Assembly: GCA_031425655.1 (NCBI GenBank)
Contig: JANPJS010000045.1
Location: forward strand, 1-64,000
Direction of reading: 5' to 3'
DNA: 64,000 nucleotides
DNA from: Abditibacteriaceae bacterium
Lineage (GTDB): Bacteria > Armatimonadota > Abditibacteriia > Abditibacteriales > Abditibacteriaceae
A program made the position numbers and the translations under genes. Within the stretch, counting starts at the first letter, position 1, and the number at the start of each line of letters is the position of its first letter. The notes beneath the pieces are model-generated. The model had not been told where the DNA came from. It ran no database searches and worked only from the letters and a program-made list of their open reading frames with translations. Positions 37,814 to 46,793 of the stretch are shown here, piece after piece.

Positions 37814-39129
37814 CAGCGGTTTTTTTCGTAAACCCAATCGCCTTGCGAGGTAACGTCTACAGTCACTTCGTCACTGTAAAGGTCATAGGCCCGCGAAGGG
37901 CGCGGCGTGCCTTGAATCGCTTTGCCGCCGTTATCTTTCTTGTCGGGGCCGATGCTCCACAAAACGAAGCTGTCGCCCTGTTTTTTGTAGCGCAACGCTT
38001 CGCCCCGGCCAAAGCCGTCCATCGGCAGTTGCGACAGATAATTGGGCACTAATTGCTCAAGTTTTTCGGGAAATGCGCCGCGTTCGAGATTGTAAGCACG
38101 CAAAGCCAGCGCGGTGGCCAACATCAGGTTGCCCGTCGCGGCGCGGGCGTCGTTAAAGCGCGCGTGTTCATAAGCCGGCGCCAGCGATTCGCCGACAAAG
38201 CCGTCGGGCAGCGGCACCGTGGGTGCCGTCGCGTAAGGCTGCTTTGCCGAAGCGATGATCCCATCCATGTAGCGCGTGTAATCGCTAAGAATCCGCCGCT
38301 TGGACGTGAAGCGGTAGCGCAAGTAATCGCCGATATTCGGTGGCCCGCCGCCGATTCCCCATGAAGCGTAAAGCTGATTCGCCCAATCGCGCTGGCGCAT
38401 GGCATCGAGCAAGCCGCCCTGTCCGCTCCACTTTTCCTCGCGCAGCACTTGCCAGAAGGGCACGCGCGCGGCGTGGATTTGCTCGATGCGGCGCGCGGCG
38501 GCGCGGCAGGTTGGGGCATCCAAATGAGGAACGAGGCTTTGCAACTGCCTTCGGCCCATCGCTTGAATCGTATAGCCGACCAGAGCGCCGATGAGCGGCC
38601 CGCCGTTGGGAATCTGCCCGCCAAATTGCATCGTATCTAAAGCGCTTTGCGACGCGCCTTTCCAATCGCCATCGGCGGCGCGCACACGGCTTTCGACGCT
38701 GATCACCCGCGCCATCTCGCGGAACCGCGCGTAATGCGGAAAAAGCGCCGAAAACGAACGCGGCGCCGGCTCGACGTAAACGCGGCGCAAGCCCTGCCGA
38801 AAGGCTTTTAAGGCCGGCGCATTTTGCCTGAGCCACACTTTTTTGCGCCACAGCGGATAAACCTTCGGCCAATCCTTTTTCGGCACCTCTTTGCTGTCTA
38901 ACATCGCATCTACTGCTTGTCTGGGCGGCGAGGGCATCAGCAGCACATTGGCTTGCACGAAGTCGTCGTAGGCGTTGAGCGCGGGCAACGCTTTCGCGGG
39001 AATTTCGATCTCCGGCAGCGTGTTGACCTCGCCCCACCAGCGCAAAGCGCCGAAAAACAGCGCAATCAGCAGCAAACTGGCGGCAAGAAATCGCTTTTCG
39101 GCTTTGTCAAATTGCGGGCGGGTAACCAT
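37813..39129 (-). CDS. Membrane-anchored hypothetical protein, paralog 3 of 3
   Basis: Same motifs; start placed at MVTRPQ because upstream codons fall inside a MITE. Confidence 0.8.
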   Translation of the reverse strand: MVTRPQFDKAEKRFLAASLLLIALFFGALRWWGEVNTLPEIEIPAKALPALNAYDDFVQANVLLMPSPPRQAVDAMLDSKEVPKKDWPKVYPLWRKKVWLRQNAPALKAFRQGLRRVYVEPAPRSFSALFPHYARFREMARVISVESRVRAADGDWKGASQSALDTMQFGGQIPNGGPLIGALVGYTIQAMGRRQLQSLVPHLDAPTCRAAARRIEQIHAARVPFWQVLREEKWSGQGGLLDAMRQRDWANQLYASWGIGGGPPNIGDYLRYRFTSKRRILSDYTRYMDGIIASAKQPYATAPTVPLPDGFVGESLAPAYEHARFNDARAATGNLMLATALALRAYNLERGAFPEKLEQLVPNYLSQLPMDGFGRGEALRYKKQGDSFVLWSIGPDKKDNGGKAIQGTPRPSRAYDLYSDEVTVDVTSQGDWVYEKNR

Positions 39130-39149
39130 AGAGTTATTTTTCGCAAAGT

Positions 39150-39276
39150 TTTCAATGGAACACGGGGCCTTCGGCCACACGGAAACGACACAGATTTTCA
39201 CAGATCAAGCCAACAGAAAAATCCGTGTTAATCCGTGTCGTTTCCGTGTCGGCGAAGCCGCCGTGTTCCATTGAAA
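39150..39276. mobile_element. MITE/REPIN-like element, family A copy 4
   Basis: TIR TTTCAATGGAACACGG...CCGTGTTCCATTGAAA. Confidence 0.85.
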
Positions 39277-39295
39277 CTATCTCGATGCAGCAAAA

Positions 39296-41392
39296 TCATG
39301 CGCCCTGCATCGCGGCGACGGCGCGTTTTTCCAGTTCGCGGGCGGCGCGCAGTTGGCGCGCGGCTTCGGCGAAACCTCGCCGCGCGTTGGGCGAAAGCGT
39401 GCTGCCGCCCAACGTATTGGCCGAGGGCAGTGCGGCGGCGGCGCGGCCTAATGCGGCGACCGAAGCGCGCAAATCGTCTCCGGCGCGGCCCAGTTGCGGT
39501 TGGCGCAGCGCGGCGGCGGCGACATCCAGATAAGCGGCGGCATCGCGCCGTGCGCCAATCCAGCGATGCAGCGGCGCCTTGAACCAGCCCAACAGCGCCT
39601 CGGCCCGTTCCACTTGCCGCGCGGCGTTGACCGGCACATTCGGAACGCTAATCGGCGGGCTAAGCGTTGCTTCAGGCGCAGTTGTCGCCGTTGGAGTGGG
39701 CACGGCGTTTTCATCGAGGGGAAAAGCCGCATCGGGCGTGGCTGTGGGTTCGACTGCGGGCAGCGGGAGTGGCAATTCCGGCGTGGCTTTGGGCGTTACG
39801 CCGGGCGGCGTGCCCAGACGTTCGAGTTCGCCGGCCAGCGCGTTTAACGCTTCCAGGTTGATCAGCACACCGCCGTCGCGGGCGCGCAGCATCAGCGTTG
39901 CGGCGCGACGTAAGGCGCGTTTGTGCGCGTCTGCCGAAGAAAGCGGCTTTAATTCAAAGACGAAAGTCGGGCGCAGGCCAAGCAGCGGCGGCGCGGTTGG
40001 TGTCGCGGTCGGTTCGGGCGTGCCGACCGGGCCGACAACGAGCGGTTTGCCATCAGCGCTTTCGATGCGTGCTACGGCGGCGTCTGCGGCGTTGCCGGGC
40101 AGACGCCGCACGCGCGTTCGCTCGCCGGGCGCGTAAAAACTGAGCAGCGTGAAGGCGCCGCCGTCCGGCGCTTTGCGTTTCCAGCCTTCCTGAAGCTGTT
40201 TCACGCTGACTTTTTGCACTCGCGCGCCCCGGCTTTGCAACAGCACTTGCTGATGCTCCGAATCGTAGCCGACCACCAGTTGCCATTGGCCGTTGAAAAT
40301 CACCGTGGGATGCACGGCGTCGAGTTCGCGCTGTAAATCCAGCAGTGCGGCGCCGCCGTTAGTGTTCTGGCGACGGTCGTAAAACAAGCCGGCGCTGTCT
40401 GCGATATTGTTGAACGGACTCAGCGGCGAAGCCGAAACCGACGACGGACGGCCCGGATCGAAGGCGGCCCAGAACGGTTCCAGCGACCAGCCTCGCAACG
40501 TGGTGACATCGGCATCCAGCCCGCGCGCCGCCAAAATCGGGCGTAGAGCTGCCGTTAAGGTGCCGCGCGCGAAAGCATCGCTGTCGCCGGTGTCGTCGGG
40601 CAAAGGTTGAGTTTCGATCAACACCAAGCGGTCGGGATGGCGCGTTGAACTCATTTGATAAATCAGCAGGCCGAGGCGCTGGCGCGCGTTGGCGGCCCAC
40701 ACCGTTGGCGCATAGCGGGCGATGGTGGCGCGGTAAGCGTTTTCGGCCCAGGTTTTGTTTTTGAAAAGCGTCTCGAACAGCACGCCGAGTTGATATTGCG
40801 CTTCGGCGCAGGCTTCGGGAAATGTCGGGTAACGCTGCAAAACGCGCTGCAAAAGCGTGCGCGCCTCGTCTTTTTTGCCTTCGTCGAGCGAAAGATGGCC
40901 TAATTTCAGCGTGGCCTGCGAAGCGTAGAAATCGTTGTTGGGAAAGCGCGTCAGCACGTCGTTGAAAATGACGCGGGCGGTCGCGCGGTCTTGCAAATCG
41001 TTGGCGGCGATGTCGCCCGCCGCGATGAGCGCCTTACCCGCCGCGCGGTCGTTGGCGTAAGTGTCGGCCAAGCGCCGATACAGCGCGATGGCTTCTTCCA
41101 ACTGTGTGCGGTTTCCGCTTTTGCGTCCTAATCCCGTCAGCAAATTGGCCTGCGCTTCCAGCGAAGCGGGCGCGAAAGCCGATTCGGGATGGCTGTCGCT
41201 GAGCAATCGGTAATGCTTGAGCGCCAGTTCGGTCAGGCCGCGCGCTTCGAGCTGCTGCGCCTTATAGAAAAAGCCGGCGTAAGGATCGGGCGCGAGAATC
41301 CCGCGCAGCAACACGGCTAAAAGTGCGACTCCGGCGGCGGCGGCGCACCACAGGGCAACGGAGCGAAGAACAAAAGGGACGGAGCGCGGCAT
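39296..41392 (-). CDS. TPR-repeat (BamD/YfiO-like) membrane-anchored protein with possible degenerate papain-like domain
   Basis: N-terminal TM; repeated 'Y..L...YP......A' TPR units; 'WQLVVGYD' segment; Pro/Thr linkers. Confidence 0.7.
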   Translation of the reverse strand: MPRSVPFVLRSVALWCAAAAGVALLAVLLRGILAPDPYAGFFYKAQQLEARGLTELALKHYRLLSDSHPESAFAPASLEAQANLLTGLGRKSGNRTQLEEAIALYRRLADTYANDRAAGKALIAAGDIAANDLQDRATARVIFNDVLTRFPNNDFYASQATLKLGHLSLDEGKKDEARTLLQRVLQRYPTFPEACAEAQYQLGVLFETLFKNKTWAENAYRATIARYAPTVWAANARQRLGLLIYQMSSTRHPDRLVLIETQPLPDDTGDSDAFARGTLTAALRPILAARGLDADVTTLRGWSLEPFWAAFDPGRPSSVSASPLSPFNNIADSAGLFYDRRQNTNGGAALLDLQRELDAVHPTVIFNGQWQLVVGYDSEHQQVLLQSRGARVQKVSVKQLQEGWKRKAPDGGAFTLLSFYAPGERTRVRRLPGNAADAAVARIESADGKPLVVGPVGTPEPTATPTAPPLLGLRPTFVFELKPLSSADAHKRALRRAATLMLRARDGGVLINLEALNALAGELERLGTPPGVTPKATPELPLPLPAVEPTATPDAAFPLDENAVPTPTATTAPEATLSPPISVPNVPVNAARQVERAEALLGWFKAPLHRWIGARRDAAAYLDVAAAALRQPQLGRAGDDLRASVAALGRAAAALPSANTLGGSTLSPNARRGFAEAARQLRAARELEKRAVAAMQGA

Positions 41393-41579
41393 GATAAATT
41401 CCAAAAGCGGCCCGATAAAAATGGCTTGAAAACCGATTCGGGCGTGCGGCACAGTGTAGGGCGCGCCTTCTGCGACGGCAATTTAGAAGCGCCGGCACAA
41501 CGCAAAGTTCGCTGTCGAACGCGATGCGGGCGCGCAGTTTGCAGAATGGTTTTCGACCTGATTTCAAGGAGAACTGACG

Positions 41580-42209
41580 ATGCAAAAGACGATGAAAATG
41601 CTAAGCTGCGCGGCTCTGTGCGGCGCGTTGTGGACAAGCGGAGCTTCCGCCGACCCCCCGACCGACATGACGAAAAAAGACAAAACGGCGCCGACCACAC
41701 CGCAAACAACCGACCGGCATTGGCCCAAGCCGCATCACGGCGCGATGTCGCCGGGCAGCGATGAGCGCGCCGACATGGTTTCGGTCAACGCGACCGCACT
41801 GGTCAACACGCTCAGCGAAGAAAAAACCGAAATCGCAGCCTTAGCGGCGCAGGTGGCGGAATTTCGCAAAATGGGTGGCCGCGATAATCTGCGCACCGCC
41901 GCGCTGTTGGAGCGTATGCGGCGCGAACACGTCGCCGCCGGCCCGACTCTGATGAAGCTGGCGCGCCGTTATGGCGGCGATCCTACTCTGGCCAAAATTC
42001 TCAAAGCGCCGGTTTTGGGCGACAAAGCCACGATGCTGCACGCCACGCACATGGATCGCATGAAAGCGGTGCAAACCTCGCAGATGCGCTGGAAAATGAC
42101 CAACAGTTGGCCGATTAAAACCGCGATGCGTAAACGTGCCACTTTAGCGCGCCGGCATATGCGCTGGATGAAGCCGCATCACGACCGCGCTATGGCCGCG
42201 AAGATGTAA
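41580..42209 (+). CDS. Secreted helical hypothetical protein
   Basis: AAGGAG RBS; signal peptide ending ASA; Met/His-rich helical body. Confidence 0.75.
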   Translation: MQKTMKMLSCAALCGALWTSGASADPPTDMTKKDKTAPTTPQTTDRHWPKPHHGAMSPGSDERADMVSVNATALVNTLSEEKTEIAALAAQVAEFRKMGGRDNLRTAALLERMRREHVAAGPTLMKLARRYGGDPTLAKILKAPVLGDKATMLHATHMDRMKAVQTSQMRWKMTNSWPIKTAMRKRATLARRHMRWMKPHHDRAMAAKM

Positions 42210-42211
42210 AA

Positions 42212-42345
42212 CGGCAGGAAGCAGGCGGCAGGCGGCAGGAAGCAGGAAACACAGAAAAGCCGCAGCGTAAATCACGCTGCGGCTTTTGTATCGCCTGACT
42301 CGCCTCCCGCCGTCTGCTTCCTGCCGCCTGCTTCCCGCCGTCCCG
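42212..42345. repeat. Inverted heptamer repeat arrays around a bidirectional terminator
   Basis: GGCAGGA/AGCAGGC/GGCAGGC units, then AAAAGCCGCAGCGT-aaatc-ACGCTGCGGCTTTT, then the inverse units. Confidence 0.8.
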
Positions 42346-42346
42346 C

Positions 42347-43207
42347 TTATGCTTCATTCCACGCTTGCTCGGCTAATTGTTTCATGACCAAACTTTGCGT
42401 CCAGCGGTCGGAGAATTCGCGGCCATCGGGCAGCGTGATGGCGTAGCGCGGCGGGCCAAGCTCGCTGGTGAAAGGCAGCACGTCGCCGGGCGTGGCATTG
42501 GCTTTCCAAGCGCGCATCGCGTGTGTCCACAAGCGCACGAAAAACTGCGCCGTATCGCCCCGTCCGTCGCCGACATCCACTTGCACTTGCTCGCCGTTGG
42601 AAATGCGCCCGTGGATATGTGACGTGCGTTCCAAGACCGGCGCCATGCGTTCTAAAGCGCCTTCGGCTTCCCAGCCGTAAAACTCTCCGACGACCACGAA
42701 GTGCGATAAATCGGCGGTAAAACGAATTTCGGGCACGGCTTCGATGAGTCGCAGTGTTTGCGGCAGGTTTTCCGTGAAATTATTGCGATGCGTTTCCACA
42801 AAGTGCGCGATTCCGGCGTCGTTGGCGATTTTACGGCCTTCGCGCACGATGTTTACCACGTCTTCGAGCGCATGAAACGCGCTGGCCGGCTGCGCGAAAA
42901 TGAAATCAGCGCCCAATCGGCTGGCGCGTTCAACGACTGTCCGCGTGTCGTCTACCGAATATGGGCGATGGCCTAAAATGAGGCGCAAACCGTGGCGGTC
43001 AAGCGCATCTTTCACTTCGCGCTCGTTTTCGTCGCTGAGCCAGCACTCAACGGCCTCGAAACCTGCTGCGCGCACCCGCGAAAACTTTTCGTCCAACGTC
43101 CACTCGTCGGCGTTCATCGGCAATTTAATCAATGACCACAGCGAATGCTGCACGCGCAATCGCGGCGCGGCGCCGCTGCCATCGTTATAGCGGTCGAAAT
43201 CGGGCAT
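42347..43207 (-). CDS. Sugar phosphate isomerase/epimerase (TIM barrel)
   Basis: 'AGFEAVE', 'VETHR', 'ADLSHF', 'HIHGR', 'SELGPP.Y'. Confidence 0.82.
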   Translation of the reverse strand: MPDFDRYNDGSGAAPRLRVQHSLWSLIKLPMNADEWTLDEKFSRVRAAGFEAVECWLSDENEREVKDALDRHGLRLILGHRPYSVDDTRTVVERASRLGADFIFAQPASAFHALEDVVNIVREGRKIANDAGIAHFVETHRNNFTENLPQTLRLIEAVPEIRFTADLSHFVVVGEFYGWEAEGALERMAPVLERTSHIHGRISNGEQVQVDVGDGRGDTAQFFVRLWTHAMRAWKANATPGDVLPFTSELGPPRYAITLPDGREFSDRWTQSLVMKQLAEQAWNEA

Positions 43208-43294
43208 AAAACTAAAACTCCTGTGCGTTGAAATCGCGGCGGATTCTATCAGGGACAAGTGATATGCCGCCAAAATTCACTTGGGAGGATTGTC

Positions 43295-43384
43295 GGCAAA
43301 AAATGGGTGGCAAAAAATGGTGAAAAGCATGACATTGCCCAACAAAAAACCGTTGTTGTTATTTTTTGCCACCCATTTTTTGCC
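43295..43384. repeat. Inverted repeat with 14-bp tandem units
   Basis: GGCAAAAAATGGGTGGCAAAAAAT...ATTTTTTGCCACCCATTTTTTGCC. Confidence 0.85.
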
Positions 43385-43413
43385 AATATGCCGTTGCCGC
43401 AAATGGCGTGGCT

Positions 43414-46400
43414 CTACGATGGCTTGGGTTCGGCGGTTTCCAGTTCGGCGTCCGTGACGGAGCGCGGCTTGATGTTGGTGACGTTCATAAAATAGCCGCC
43501 TTCGCCCAACGCGCCGCCTTCTTCCATTTGCGATTCGGGTTGGAGAATTTCTTCGGCTTCGGCGCCTTCGGGCGTGTTGGCGTGCTGCGGCGCCTTGCCA
43601 TCTTTGAGGGCTTGTTCTTCAGCTTGCAATTCACGAATGCCGGCCAAAAAAGCGTCGGCCATCACCGGGTCGAACTGCGTGCCTTTGCCTTTCACGATTT
43701 CCGCGATGGCTTCTTCCCAGCTCAAGCCCTGACGATAGGGACGGTTGGTGGTCATCGCCGAAAAACAGTCGGGCACGGCTAAAATGCGCCCGAAAAGCGG
43801 CGTGTCTTCGCCGCTTGTTTTGTCGGGATAGCCGCGCCCATCGTAACGCTCGTGATGGTTGCGAATGCCGCCCAAGACTTCTTCGACGTTCGGCACATCT
43901 TTGACGATGAGCGCGCCGAAAACCGGGTGCGCCTGCATGATTTTGAATTCATCGTCGCTTAAGCGGCCCGGCTTGCGCAAAATCGAGTCGGGCACGGCGA
44001 TTTTGCCGACATCGTGCAGCAGGCCGCACATCCGAATCGAGCGCTGCTGTTCCTGCGAATAACCCAGTTGGCGCGCGATCATGACAGCCCAGCGCGCCAC
44101 GTCTTCTGAATGGCGGCGCGTGTAATTGTCTTTGTTGTCAATGGCCGTCACGAGCGCGTCCAACACGCCGAAGCTACCGCCCACGGCGGCGTCTTTGAGC
44201 GCCTTGAGTTCTTCGCTTTCTTCTTCGTGGCGCCGCACCACGAAGCCGCCGCCCTGATGCTTGGCTTCGATGAGGTTGGTGCCGGCTACGCCCAGCAAAT
44301 CGAGCGCGCTTTCGCCGTCGTGCGGAAAAATCGAGGCGGCGAACGAAAGGCCGATGGGAATACGCCGCCCGTCACTGGATTCCAATGCTTGTTCCGCGGT
44401 TTTTTCTTCCAGGCGATTGACGACGACGCGGGCACCTTCGACATCGGTGTCCATCAAAATGGCGATGAATTCGTCGCCGCCGTAACGCCCAATCACGTCG
44501 CTGATGCGGCACGACTGGCGCAGGCATTCGGCAACGCGGCGCAGCACTTCATCGCCCGCCGTATGGCCGTAGGTATCGTTGAAAAACTTGAAGTTATTCA
44601 CGTCCAACATCAAGATCACGAACTGATCGCGCGAGCGCGCGGCGCGGGCCAGACACACGTTAAGCTGCTGCTGCACGGCGCGATGGTTCAGTAAATCGGT
44701 CAGGCTGTCGCGGTCGGCCAAACGCACCGCTTCCTGATAAAGATGCGCGTTCTGCAAAGCCGCGCCGACTTCGAGCGCCAGGCTTTGCATCAGTGTTTTT
44801 TCGGCCTGGTTCAGCGCACCTTTTTGGCGCAAAACAGCCATCGCACCCAAAATTTCGCCCTTCGATTGCAGTGCGACGATGAAAGTGCCGCTGAACGAAT
44901 TATTCAGCGAGCGGCACGCGATGAGGGCGTTTTCCAGATCGCCTTGCTCCAAGCCGTTGTTCAGAGAAATCAAAGCGGTGCGCTGCATTTCGCCGCGCGG
45001 GGCTTCAGCGTCGTCGCCGGACAAAACTAAATGCCAGCGCTTGCCTTTGGGAATCCATTCGGCGCGACTGCCGCTCATCATTTGCCCGATGGCCGATTCG
45101 ACCAGGGCTTTACGAATCGAAGCCGCGCTGGTGCGGGCCGCGACGGGTTCGGCGGCGTCCTCGGCGCGGCGTCCGCCACGCTTTTCTCCGCGCCGTTCGC
45201 CGGATGGCGTTTGCGCGGCGGCGTTTTCCGGCCCTCCGGCGTTTCCGCTCAGGGGCAGCGTCGTGCTGCGCTCTTCTTCGTCGCCGCGAAATAGCCAGAG
45301 CGCGCCGGCGTCCGCGTGCAGCGCGGTCATCATGCGGTCGAGCGCCGTCGTCAAAATATGCGCGCTATCGAGCGTATTCGACAGGTCGGCAGCGACGGCG
45401 TGCATCGTAGATAACTCGCGGGTGCGCGCGGCCACGTCGTGCTGCAAGCTGGCTGTGACATCGTTCCACGAGCGATAATCCTCGAAGGTTTGGCGCGTGA
45501 TTAAAAGCGAATCGAAGGCGTGGCGAACTAAAGCGATGGCGATGAGAAGGATGCCCCACCACGCTTCGCCCGCCGCACCCGGCAGCGGCGCGGCTTTAGG
45601 TGAAACCGCCGCGAAGTGCCGGTGCGCGACGATGCTGGCGACTCCGGCAAAAAGCAGCGGCGCGAAATTACGCAGCCAAAAAGCACGCGCCGCTCTGGGA
45701 TCGAGCGGCGAATTCGCCATGCCGGGACGCTGGCCGACTAATTGGAAGCTTTCGCCCAAAGCCGCCACGCCGATCAGCAGCGGCGCCGCGACGCGTGAAA
45801 ACACGTCGAACGAACTCAGGGGCGCGCCGCGCAGCCAGAAAAAACGATAAGCCACGACGGTAAGGAAGAAGGCGCCAAGCGCGGTTAAAGCCCAGCCGAT
45901 GTTCCAGCGTGGCGCGGGCACGCCTTCGCCGCGCGCCGCATCGTGCAAAATGGGCCGCAGCTCGTTGCGCCCGATTACTAACAAGGCCAAAACCGCGACG
46001 TGGGCCGCAGCTAACAAGTGATGCAAGAGCGCGTAATGTCCGTCGAGGTTGGCTCTGGCGGCTGGTGGCGCGGCGCGCAGCGAAGGCGCAACCAACATCC
46101 ACCACAGCAGCGCCGATACTGCGCCGCCGATGACTAAAGCGTCGGGCGCTAAAGCCCAATCGAAGGGCGGCGCGGCGTTTTCGGAAGCTTCTTCACCGGG
46201 TTGCGCGGCCTGCGGAACAATAGCCGAGCGCGCGATGAACAATAATCCCAAAAGCAGGAGCAGAGGTTGCACCGTCAGCAACACGGTGCCGAGCCATTCG
46301 ACTTTCGCGGCCAAAAGCAAGCCTGCAAAGCGTATGAATAGGGACACCGCGACAATCAGCCAGCCCAGCCGCCGCGCCGGGAAGTTTGTGGAGCGCAGGC

Positions 46401-46572
46401 CGGCGAAAGCACAAAGCAAAGCGCCCAAAAAGGCGCTGGCCGCCGCTAATAAAGCGCTTTTCTGGCCGCCCGCCATCGCGCCCAATGCCGATAGCACTAA
46501 AACGGCCCCGCCGCCGCCGGCCCAGATCGGCAGCGCCAGACGCGCCGCTGCGCCGCTGTTTGGTGCGCTCAT
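43414..46572 (-). CDS. Membrane sensor GAF-GGDEF-HD-GYP c-di-GMP enzyme
   Basis: Multi-TM N-terminus; GAF; 'RYGGDEF'; 'LHDVGK'; 'HHERYDGRGYP'. Confidence 0.92.
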   Translation of the reverse strand: MSAPNSGAAARLALPIWAGGGGAVLVLSALGAMAGGQKSALLAAASAFLGALLCAFAGLRSTNFPARRLGWLIVAVSLFIRFAGLLLAAKVEWLGTVLLTVQPLLLLLGLLFIARSAIVPQAAQPGEEASENAAPPFDWALAPDALVIGGAVSALLWWMLVAPSLRAAPPAARANLDGHYALLHHLLAAAHVAVLALLVIGRNELRPILHDAARGEGVPAPRWNIGWALTALGAFFLTVVAYRFFWLRGAPLSSFDVFSRVAAPLLIGVAALGESFQLVGQRPGMANSPLDPRAARAFWLRNFAPLLFAGVASIVAHRHFAAVSPKAAPLPGAAGEAWWGILLIAIALVRHAFDSLLITRQTFEDYRSWNDVTASLQHDVAARTRELSTMHAVAADLSNTLDSAHILTTALDRMMTALHADAGALWLFRGDEEERSTTLPLSGNAGGPENAAAQTPSGERRGEKRGGRRAEDAAEPVAARTSAASIRKALVESAIGQMMSGSRAEWIPKGKRWHLVLSGDDAEAPRGEMQRTALISLNNGLEQGDLENALIACRSLNNSFSGTFIVALQSKGEILGAMAVLRQKGALNQAEKTLMQSLALEVGAALQNAHLYQEAVRLADRDSLTDLLNHRAVQQQLNVCLARAARSRDQFVILMLDVNNFKFFNDTYGHTAGDEVLRRVAECLRQSCRISDVIGRYGGDEFIAILMDTDVEGARVVVNRLEEKTAEQALESSDGRRIPIGLSFAASIFPHDGESALDLLGVAGTNLIEAKHQGGGFVVRRHEEESEELKALKDAAVGGSFGVLDALVTAIDNKDNYTRRHSEDVARWAVMIARQLGYSQEQQRSIRMCGLLHDVGKIAVPDSILRKPGRLSDDEFKIMQAHPVFGALIVKDVPNVEEVLGGIRNHHERYDGRGYPDKTSGEDTPLFGRILAVPDCFSAMTTNRPYRQGLSWEEAIAEIVKGKGTQFDPVMADAFLAGIRELQAEEQALKDGKAPQHANTPEGAEAEEILQPESQMEEGGALGEGGYFMNVTNIKPRSVTDAELETAEPKPS

Positions 46573-46793
46573 GGAAGTTTTGTTGTTAATGCCGGAAAGA
46601 TTCACTGCGCCATTCATTTTAGTGGCATTTCTCTTCAATAAAAAGGCGAAAATACACAAACAGTGATGAGAGCGGCGCTGGAAGCAGCGCCCTTGCCGGG
46701 TTCATGTGTTTCAAAGACGCCCGGTGTCTTACCACGGGGAAGCGCCTGCGGTAAAAACTAAAATGCCGTTCAATTCATCCTGCCAGAGGTTTC

